From Candidatus Latescibacterota bacterium (GTDB lineage Bacteria; Latescibacterota; UBA2968; UBA8231): a stretch of 64,000 nt of DNA. Location of the stretch: NCBI GenBank assembly GCA_965219385.1, contig CBDCNM010000002.1, positions 530,639 through 594,638 on the forward strand, given 5' to 3'. Both the position numbers and the translations under genes were made by a program. The notes beneath the pieces are model-generated. The model searched no databases. It saw only the letters and a list, made by a program, of their open reading frames with translations, and was not told the origin of the DNA. This document shows, piece after piece, positions 35,781 to 43,274 of the stretch (position 1 is the first letter of the stretch; the number at the start of each line of letters is the position of its first letter).

Positions 35781-38759
35781 GACCGGGGTCGCCCGCACGG
35801 CCTCCGTAGACGCCCCCAGCCCCGCATCCATTTGCGCCCGAAGCTTGAAGCGATATTCTACGGTATTCCTCAGGCCGCCTATCCGGTGATACCGGATCAT
35901 ACGACCGCCATACTCGGTGGCAGGGACCTCACTATTGGCCACCTGAGTCCAGGCGTACTCCGTACCCTCTTTCACCCCGTAGTGCCAATGGGTAATCGGC
36001 GCATCGGCGGAAGCGTCCCAGAGCAGCAACACCGCCTCATGGTCCGGCCACACCGCAAAACCCATCGGCGGCGGCCCCTGCACCACCCGGGTCGCCGCAC
36101 TCTGGGCGTAGTTGGAATAGCTACCCGAACCGGGCCCGTATCGCACCGTCGCCCGCAACCGATGACCGAGGTCCGCGGCCACCGGCGTGTAGCTAACCAA
36201 CTGCGATGCGCCGGCCAGATCCGCCCAGGCCGGCGCACTATCGCGGTCATTGCGCCCCTGCCACTGCCAGCGCGCCTCGCTCACCGCCTCCGTCTCGCCT
36301 TCCAACGTAGCCGTCAGCCCCACCCCCACCTGCGACCTCCGGGAACTCAACGACACCGACTGGCCGCAGGGGCTCAAGGTGGTGTTCGTCAGCGTCACCG
36401 TACCCGACGTATGGGCCTGCACACAGCGAGCCCCGTCCCGGACCGTGGCCCCGCTCAGATCGGCACTACCCCCGCTGTCCACCCGGATGCCGGACCAATC
36501 GGAGGTGGACGGGAAGTTGATATCGACGGACCGGAAGGTGACCCCGGTGCCGGCGCTCAGCGTCCCCGCCACGATCAGCTCCGAGCGGGTCTGATCGGCG
36601 CCGCCCTCCGTGGCGTCCCCCCCCGGATGGAACGCCATCTCTGTTTCCGCCGCCAGGGTCAACGTCACCCCCGCCGGGATGGTCACGTCCCCGTCCACAC
36701 AGACCCGGCCGCTCCACGCTGTATCCGCCGCCAGCGAACCGGACCAATACGGCCGCGGCACCGAAACGCGCCGCGCGTCGCCCGGACCGGCCGGGTTGCG
36801 CGCCCGCACCTCGAAGGTGGAGAACGTGCAACTCTCCAAGCCCGTCCGCGTCAGGCTCCTCGCCAGCGGCGGCGCCACCGCCGTCCAGTCCGGCGCCCAG
36901 GTGGTCCCGTCGCTGCTCTGACGATACTCATACCCCGTCAGCGCCAGGCCCCCATCCGACACCGGCGCCACCCAGGAAAGCGTCACCTGCCCATTCTCCG
37001 CCGCCGCGCGCCGCAGGTTGCGAACCGGGTCCGGCGCCCGCCCCGGCGTGGCCGTCCCCCGCGCCGAGTCCCCCGCGCCCACCCCGTTGACCGCCCGTAC
37101 CTCAAAGGTATACTCCGTGCCGTTGGTCAGCCTTTCCAGCCGGTGGCTCGTCGTCTCCGCCTCGCCCCGGATCGTCCCCCAGTCCGGCGCCCAGGTGCGG
37201 GCCCCGTCGTCGCTGTGGCGATACTCATACCCCGTCAGCGCCGAGCCGTTGTCCGCCGGCGTCTCCCAGGTCAGGGTCACCTGTCCATCCTCGACCTCTG
37301 CCGTCAGGTTCCCCGGCGGGTCCGGCGTCCCCGCCACCGGCTCCGTCAGCGCACTCTGCGCCTGCTTGTCGGCGCCCTGGCCGTCATCATACACCGCCCG
37401 CGCCCGCAGCTGCTGCCCCACCAGCAACGAGTACGGCGTGAAGGTCGACCACAGCCGGTCGGTCCCCCCCGGCTCCTCCCCAACCCCCCTCGCCCCCCGA
37501 GCGCTAGAATACAACCAACCCCACCGCACATTGTTCACCCCCCCATCCGGATCGCTCAGGTCTGCCCGCAGGGGCACCCCCACCTGCGGCTGGCTCGACG
37601 ACAGCGTCACTGTGCCGGGCTCCTCCTCGTTGGTCACCGTCACCGTCACCTCATACTCCGTTGAAGCCCCCTGCCCGTCCTCAGCGAGGACCGTTACCGA
37701 GTAGGCATTTCGGGTGGCAAGGTCCGCGTCGGCCGCATGGCCCGCAGCCGTCGGCGCCTCGAAGTCGGGTGGTGTCTGGAAGCGCAACCGGCCCTCGCTG
37801 TCGATCGAAAAAGCGTCGTCGTCGTTCTCGTCGACCAGGGACCACGTGACCGCATCGCTCTCGGCGTCGGTGGCCGTGTAGGTCGCCACCGCCGCCTCAT
37901 TGTGCTCCCGAAACGTCGGCGTCTGAGCCCCCGAAATCGTCGGCGGGGTGCCGCAGTTGACCAGGGTAGGGTTCGTCAACGCCAAGGAGCCGCCTTGAGC
38001 GGCCTGGGCGCAGCGAACCCCGTCCCGGATGGTGACGTTCGTCAGGGTTGCCCTACCGCCGCTCTCGATGTGGATGCCATACCAGTCACTATTGGACGCG
38101 TCGTCAGCGTCGTTGGACGAGCGGAAGGTGATGTCGGCCGCGCTGGCGTCGAGCGTGCCCGCCACGATCAGCTCGGACTTGCCGGTGTCGTTGCCGCTGC
38201 CGGTATTATCGGTGTTGGCCAGAAATTGAACTACAGCTCCTGATTCAATCGTAAGGGTAACACCATCAGGCACAGTGACATCCCCTGAGACTCTAACGTA
38301 TCCGGCCCAGGTTTCATCTTGCAGTAATGTACCAGACGCCCCTGGTAGGGTGGGCTTCCACGGATCGGAAAGCTCAGAGAGATTGCCAAGCCTGTTTTTG
38401 GCCTTTACAGCGAACCAGTAATTGATACTGTCATTATGGGTTGAGCTTGGAGAATTCGTGTAGACTTGATGGGGGTCATTTTTCAGATCGGTTCCCGAGC
38501 CGTCGGCATGGAGCGCGTAGCGTCCGTCGGCAATTTCAGCATCCGTCGGCCAGATGTCCGCTCCCAGTGAAGACCAGGAAGAACCATCTGCATCGGCTAC
38601 CGGCTGATACTCCGTACCGTCAAAACAATAGATCCGATAGCCGACGACATCGTCCTCCGAATTAGGCGCCCAATTCATCAACACCCAGCCGCGGTCAGAC
38701 CCTGGTTGGACGACCTGCACCGTGCCCGTTGGCGTGGCGGGCTTGGATGGTACTGCCAA
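32727..38759 (-). CDS. Central segment: FN3, beta-helix-like, cadherin-like and Calx-beta-like repeats
   Basis: 2010-aa ORF; cadherin-like YTATDAESDAVTWSL...PDFEAP...VTVTVTN near 37620-37950; DNGSALTGYEYR FN3 modules; 7 Calx-beta-like units. Confidence 0.8.
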   Translation of the reverse strand: MAVPSKPATPTGTVQVVQPGSDRGWVLMNWAPNSEDDVVGYRIYCFDGTEYQPVADADGSSWSSLGADIWPTDAEIADGRYALHADGSGTDLKNDPHQVYTNSPSSTHNDSINYWFAVKAKNRLGNLSELSDPWKPTLPGASGTLLQDETWAGYVRVSGDVTVPDGVTLTIESGAVVQFLANTDNTGSGNDTGKSELIVAGTLDASAADITFRSSNDADDASNSDWYGIHIESGGRATLTNVTIRDGVRCAQAAQGGSLALTNPTLVNCGTPPTISGAQTPTFREHNEAAVATYTATDAESDAVTWSLVDENDDDAFSIDSEGRLRFQTPPDFEAPTAAGHAADADLATRNAYSVTVLAEDGQGASTEYEVTVTVTNEEEPGTVTLSSSQPQVGVPLRADLSDPDGGVNNVRWGWLYSSARGARGVGEEPGGTDRLWSTFTPYSLLVGQQLRARAVYDDGQGADKQAQSALTEPVAGTPDPPGNLTAEVEDGQVTLTWETPADNGSALTGYEYRHSDDGARTWAPDWGTIRGEAETTSHRLERLTNGTEYTFEVRAVNGVGAGDSARGTATPGRAPDPVRNLRRAAAENGQVTLSWVAPVSDGGLALTGYEYRQSSDGTTWAPDWTAVAPPLARSLTRTGLESCTFSTFEVRARNPAGPGDARRVSVPRPYWSGSLAADTAWSGRVCVDGDVTIPAGVTLTLAAETEMAFHPGGDATEGGADQTRSELIVAGTLSAGTGVTFRSVDINFPSTSDWSGIRVDSGGSADLSGATVRDGARCVQAHTSGTVTLTNTTLSPCGQSVSLSSRRSQVGVGLTATLEGETEAVSEARWQWQGRNDRDSAPAWADLAGASQLVSYTPVAADLGHRLRATVRYGPGSGSYSNYAQSAATRVVQGPPPMGFAVWPDHEAVLLLWDASADAPITHWHYGVKEGTEYAWTQVANSEVPATEYGGRMIRYHRIGGLRNTVEYRFKLRAQMDAGLGASTEAVRATPVQPQVAYGASSYEAREGGAAVSVGVALSAQATRAVPLPVTVTADSGTEAGDYTVEGLSAGAAGDYTVSFTLGQSTQTFTLRANVDEDEDDETVSLGLGTLPSGVRAGTPAGATVTLRDAQLPEVVLTVAYSASSYEVWQGGAAVSVGVVLSPATDRAVSIPLTVTADAGTEESAYTVGGLSQGTEAGAYTVSFARDESIQTFTITANVDEDEDDETVSLGLGTLPSGVSAGMPASATVTLREVPQPQNLRATAGNEQVLLEWDDLEDDSVTQWQYRGEQYHPTQRVWTEFRGWTVMDNSPARTTSYTVLDLSPGVRYRFFVRAENPAGPSEASAPAEAVLLTVAYSASSYEAWQGGAAVEVGVVLSPPTDRAVSLPVRVTADSGTEAGDYTVEGLSAGAAGDYTVSFTLGQSTQTFTITANVDEDEDDETVSLGLELEELPEGVRAGTPASATVTLRDAQLPEVVLTVAYSASSYEAWQGGAAVEVGVVLSPPTDRAVSLPVRVTADSGTEAGDYTVEGLSAGAAGDYTVSFTLGQSTQTFTITANVDEDEDDETVSLELEELPEGVRAGTPASATVTLRDAQLPEVVLTVAYSASSYEAWQGGAAVEVGVVLSPPTDQAVSLPVRVTADAGTEASAYTVGGLSPGTEAGAYTVSFTPGQSIQTFTITANVDEDEDDETVSLELEELPEGVRAGTPARATVTLRDVPPTPVLRATAGNEQVLLEWDDPEDDSVTEWQYRGDRYHPAKGVWVGFRPWTTIPGSTAETTSYTVPNLTNGVRYRFFVRAENPAGPSEESNEAEAVLLTVAYSASSYEAWQGGAAVEVGVVLSPPTDRAVSLPVRVTADAGTEASAYTVGGLSPGTEAGAYTVSFIPGQSTQTFTITANEDEDRDDETVSLELGPLPEGVSAGTPASATVTLRDAQLPEVVLTVAYSASSYEATEGGAAVEVGVVLSPPTDRAVSIPVRVTADAGTEASAYTVGGLSPGTEAGAYTVSLSPASPPRPSRSRPTRTRTETMRR

Positions 38760-38765
38760 GCTGAA

Positions 38766-40478
38766 CTACGCTACGTTGGAATAACTGCCATTGCCCGTAG
38801 CATTGTGTGCTCTGACCCGGACCTCGTAAGTCCCTGCGGTCAACGAATTATCGAAAACAGTCTCTGTATGCGTCCCGGACATGCTCGCTGACCAGGGAAA
38901 AGATTGACCCACGGGACCGTACTCGACGCGATAGCCATCTGCATAGTTCGCACCGGTATATATGATGAGGCCGAAGTACCCGGCCCCGGTATCTCCTATA
39001 GATATGACCGGGGTTCCAGGTAGGGGAGCAGAATTTCCTCCACTGGGCCTTGCCCAAACCGGTCCGTACAATTCATCCGTATAAATTTTGTAGTAATAGG
39101 TAAGGTCACTCGTGGTGGTATGATCGACATATTCATACACGTCATCTTCCGAGGTGGGATCGTAAGGTACTGTACCAATGGTCGTGTACGAAACCCCACT
39201 ATCCTGACTACGCTGAATCTGGAATTCGGTCCAGGACCCGGCTCGGAAGCTATACCAGCTTAGTGTTACTTGCTGCGAACCGGATCTCGCGCGCAGGTCG
39301 CTGAAAAGATCTCCTATGGCTGTCGCTGTAATGAGCAGTCTCTTAGACACTGATTCCCCAGAAAAGTCTCCAACCTCGACCTCGAAATAATGCTGGGAGG
39401 ATACACCATACTCATCCCCATCAATGTATCCTTCCAGATCAAGACGCCCGTAGTCAGGTACATTCCCCATTAAGTCACGGATATCAATCGATAGATTGTT
39501 TGAGTCATCATCGGCAAAAAGGCGATAGTAAAACTGACTCTTTGTAGATTTATGGCCGTCGCCAGAAAGCACCGAATTTTGATGATTAAAAAGATAATAA
39601 GGTCTATAGTACAACTCATCAGGAAACTCATCGGCGGTGAACTTGTACCTCAACAGACTGTCCGTAACGACCTCTCCATTGATCGTTCTTGTGCGCAAAA
39701 ACGACGCCTTAATCGAATAGAAGCCGACACGATTCGTAGTAGTATTAATGCGATCAAAACCCTCGAATAGAAGTCTAAATTCCCCTGGGGGTATAGCTTC
39801 CGCCTCAACAGATGGATGAGCGGTTACATCGTAGTCTACATAGCCTCTTGAATCATCAATAACGGTCCAAGTCCAGGGGTCATCCGCATCGGCGGTGGCG
39901 TAATTGACGGAAGCATCCGCGATAGCGGGTAGTTTGGACAAGGGGTTTATGTAATCGAGGTCACTACGACGGAACACTTCAAAGTGAAGATGGTCATCAA
40001 TTCCATCGTGTGGAGTGACTATGGTGCCTAAGGTATCACTTGTCATGATCATCTGGGGCATTCCTGCATGGTGAAATTTTGGGTGGTCCGATTTTGCGCC
40101 AGGGTACTCCCCAACATGTAGGTACCTCGTCCCTAAGCCTGCATAGGTACCCGTAGAATGACGTATCCAGAGGGTATAGGTAGTATCCTTTTTGGCGGTA
40201 CTACCCTCAATATCATGTTCCCGTATTGTGTAAGTTAGTTCCCCGTTCGCAACGGGACGGACTATGTTGTTGGATGCACCCGAGATTAAATCAATGCCCC
40301 CGTGAAAATGCTCTTCTATTCTTCTGCCGTCCGAAGTTACAGTTGGTCTATACTCCATGAACGTCCCGGTTACTTGTGGGTCTTCGATGGGGAACCTGTT
40401 GTAGTTTGCCCAAGAAGACGACGACAAAAAGCAAACGATCAAGACGAACCATCTGACGAAGATCACCTGTATTTTCAT
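38766..40478 (-). CDS. N-terminal segment: signal peptide, M23 family metallopeptidase domain and FN3-like domains
   Basis: Hydrophobic leader ending SSSWA; HFHGGIDL (HxxxD), YLHV, HLHFEV (HxH); visibly lower GC than the repeats. Confidence 0.8.
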   Translation of the reverse strand: MKIQVIFVRWFVLIVCFLSSSSWANYNRFPIEDPQVTGTFMEYRPTVTSDGRRIEEHFHGGIDLISGASNNIVRPVANGELTYTIREHDIEGSTAKKDTTYTLWIRHSTGTYAGLGTRYLHVGEYPGAKSDHPKFHHAGMPQMIMTSDTLGTIVTPHDGIDDHLHFEVFRRSDLDYINPLSKLPAIADASVNYATADADDPWTWTVIDDSRGYVDYDVTAHPSVEAEAIPPGEFRLLFEGFDRINTTTNRVGFYSIKASFLRTRTINGEVVTDSLLRYKFTADEFPDELYYRPYYLFNHQNSVLSGDGHKSTKSQFYYRLFADDDSNNLSIDIRDLMGNVPDYGRLDLEGYIDGDEYGVSSQHYFEVEVGDFSGESVSKRLLITATAIGDLFSDLRARSGSQQVTLSWYSFRAGSWTEFQIQRSQDSGVSYTTIGTVPYDPTSEDDVYEYVDHTTTSDLTYYYKIYTDELYGPVWARPSGGNSAPLPGTPVISIGDTGAGYFGLIIYTGANYADGYRVEYGPVGQSFPWSASMSGTHTETVFDNSLTAGTYEVRVRAHNATGNGSYSNVA

Positions 40479-40553
40479 TTGGGCCCTCTCTTCCCAACGG
40501 TAAATGCACGGTAGAGGTGGAAACGATGCGGCCGATTAGCTGGCTCAATGAAC

Positions 40554-41620
40554 TTAGGGCGACGTATTCGCCTCGAACAGGTACAAAGTGTTGCCGCTCC
40601 TGTAAACCCCCTTATTCCGATCTTTGAGCATCTTTATATCATGTACTTTCTCAGGTCGTTCTCTACTGGGAGTCAGTGAATCGACGAGTTGTCGGTAGAT
40701 TTCTTGCTTCCTCGAATGCTGCGCCTGGGAAGACATCGTGCTCCTGGCTCGAATGCCTTCCGGATGCTGGATCAAGTCGCCATGACCATCGAAGATCAGT
40801 AGAGTCCTGGTCTTTTTGGCCTCTGTCATATAGTCGATTGAGTTCCCTTTCAGAATAACATGGCGCCCATCGTCTGAGAAACTAAGGCTCCAAGGGTCAA
40901 AATCATAGTGAGTAAAATCATCATCACTTACATGTTTGATCCGTGTCCCCATCGTAGTATCATACATGTCGAGAAAGGCACCGGGATGTTCCCACTTGCC
41001 ATGATAGAATATAACCATATAATCTCCATTGGGCGCGATATAGAACTCACCATTAAAATTAATAGGTATGTCCTCATCGAATCTATTCCTTAATTCAAAC
41101 CGCAGACTCCCATCTACGTTAAAAGCTCGGATACTCCCAGTCCCCCAACCGTCGTATCCCCTGGTTCTCTCCGTCCGAATTATATAGAATCGCCCTTTAG
41201 GGTCTGTCGTGGGCAATTCCCTTATGAATTCTCGTTTATTCCCTACTCTTTTGATATAATCAAATCAGGCACGGTGAGCGCTGTCAGAGCTTTGACCTCA
41301 TCAGGTATGGTGTCCCATCTCAGAGGTATCCTCCGTTCTATATGGCCCTCCCCATCAAACAGATATACTGATTTAACGGTGGCGACCATGCTTACGGGGT
41401 TGGCTCTAGTGCTATCGGGAGAAATCCCTACGTCCGGCTCGGAATGGGTAAGGGCTTTGGAATCGCCACGATACCGTCTATGCCGAATCTCACCATCCAA
41501 CTCCTTTTGCCAGATAATTCTCGTCCCTGGGGTATTCTCTTGCCCTTCGGCATCGGCTATGAAAGGTGCAGCCGTTAACCAGAGCAAAACGATGGATAGG
41601 GCTATTCTTATGCTGAACAT
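40554..41620 (-). pseudogene. Secreted hypothetical protein (beta-propeller-like), split by a 1-nt frameshift near 41260
   Basis: ORF 41243-41620 has a signal peptide and AAGGAG RBS; the alternative frame YIKRVGNKREFIRELPTTD runs into ORF 40554-41216. Confidence 0.6.
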
Positions 41621-41638
41621 GTTGATTTCTCCTTGTTA

Positions 41639-42487
41639 TTACGGGTTTTGCGCGAAGACAGGCCGGCGTCTCTCTGAGCCGTCCAACGACACGATGAGAA
41701 GATACCCGCTTGGCTGTTTTTTGTCAGGTCCAAGACGGTACCGATCCCCCCGATGCTGCCACTCGGTCACCGTTTCGTCGTGCAGATCATCCCACTCCAG
41801 CAACACCTGCCCCGCGCCCGCCGCCCCCGCACTCAGCCCCTCCACCGTGTAATCGCCCGCCTCCGTGCCCGAATCCGCCGTCACCGTCAGCGGCAACGGC
41901 ACCGCCTGGGTCGCCTGGGCCGACAAGGCCACCCCCACCTCTACCGCCGCGCCCCCTTCCCGCGCCTCGTAGCTCGAGGCCCCATAGGCCACCTGCGGCT
42001 TCGACGGCGTCACCCCCACAAGATCCGTAGGCACCCCCTCCGCCGTACCGGCTTTCGCCCGCACCTTGAACCGATACGCCACCCCGTTGGTCAGGCCGGC
42101 GACCCGGATATACCGGCGCATACGACCGCCATACGCAAGGCGGGCCACCTCACCGTCGGCCACCTCCGTCCATTCGATCGGGGCCGTGCCCTCCCTTGTC
42201 CCGTAGCGCCAATGGGTAATACTGGCATCGGCGGAAGCGTCCCAGAGCAGCAACACCGCCTCATGGTCCGGCCACACCGCAAAACCCGTCGGCGACGGCA
42301 ACATCACCGCCCGGGTCGGCGCACTCTGAACAAAATGGTAATAGCGGCCCGAACCGGGCCCGTACCGCACCATCGCCCGCAACTGTCTACCCAGATCCGC
42401 GGCCACCGGCGTGTAGCCGGCCAACTGCGATGCGCCGGCCAGATCCGCCCAGGCCGGCGCACTGTCGCGGTCATTGCGCCCCTGCCA
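41639..42487 (-). pseudogene. Post-stop, truncated continuation of the S8 gene (FN3 plus partial Calx-beta-like and partial FN3)
   Basis: In frame after TAG 42488-42490; homologous to about 35600-36260; breaks off near 41735 without a C-terminal sorting domain. Confidence 0.7.
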
Positions 42488-43274
42488 CTACCAGCGCGCA
42501 GCGCTCACCGCCTCCGTCTCGCCTTCCAACGTAGCCGTCAGCCCCACCCCCACCTGCGACCTCCGGGAACTCAACGACACCGACTGGCCGCAGGGGCTCA
42601 AGGTGGTGTTCGTCAGCGTCACCATGCCCGACGTATGGGCCTGCACACAGCGAGCCCCGTCCCGGATGGTGGCCCCGCTCAGATCGGCACTACCCCCGCT
42701 TTCCACCCGGATGCCGGACCAATCGGAGGTGGACGGGAAGTTGATATCGACGGACCGGAAGGTGACCCCGGTGCCGGCGCTCAGCGTCCCCGCCACAATC
42801 AGCTCCGAGCGGGTCTGATCGGCGCCGCCCTTCGTGGCATCCCCTCCCGGATGGAACGCCACCTCCGTTTCCGCCGCCAGGGTCAACGTCACCCCCGCCG
42901 GGATGGTCACATCCCCCTCCACACAGACCCGGCCGCTCCACGCTGTATCCGACGCCAGCGAACCGGACCAATACGGCAGCGCCAAAACGCGCAACGAGTC
43001 GCCCGGACCGGCCTCGTTGCGCGCCCGCACCTCGAAGGTGGAGAACGTGCAACTCTCCAAGCCCGTCCGCGTCAGGCGCCTCGCCAGCGTCGGCGCCACC
43101 GCCGTCCAGCCCGGCGCCCAGGTGCGCCCTGAGTTGGCGCTCTGACGATACTCATACTCCGTCAGCGCCAGGCCCCCATCCGACAACGGCGCCCCCCAGG
43201 AAAGCGTCACCTGCCCATTCCCCGCCGCCGCGCGCAGGTGCCGAACCGGGTCCGGCGCCCGCCCCGGCGTGGCC
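41822..43274 (-). repeat. ~1.45-kb direct repeat of 35600-37054
   Basis: Long stretches are base-identical (e.g. 42500-42830 vs 36276-36606, offset ~6224), with a more diverged FN3 in the middle. Confidence 0.85.

Larger units (their letters stand above)
28247..40478 (-). pseudogene. Giant (~4070-codon) secreted modular protein: signal peptide, M23 peptidase, FN3, WapA-like repeat, beta-helix-like modules, cadherin-like domain, FN3/Calx-beta-like tandem repeats, FlgD-Ig/T9SS-like C-terminal domain; interrupted by one TAG and two frameshifts
   Basis: Four consecutive ORFs join: in-frame TAG 38766-38768 (SNVA*FSLAVP), 1-nt deletion near 32803 (ataaagac vs ataaacgac in sister repeats), 2-nt GC insertion near 31056 (cccgcgcactc vs cccgcactc). 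Confidence 0.8.

Noticed and set aside
28736..37664. Long plus-strand Arg/Pro/His-rich ORFs (824, 651, 907 aa)
   Set aside because: Antisense shadows of the GC-rich repeat gene, with no recognisable domains
35600..43274. Diversity-generating retroelement template/variable repeat pair
   Set aside because: No reverse transcriptase in the window, the repeat is far longer than a typical TR/VR, and differences are not adenine-specific
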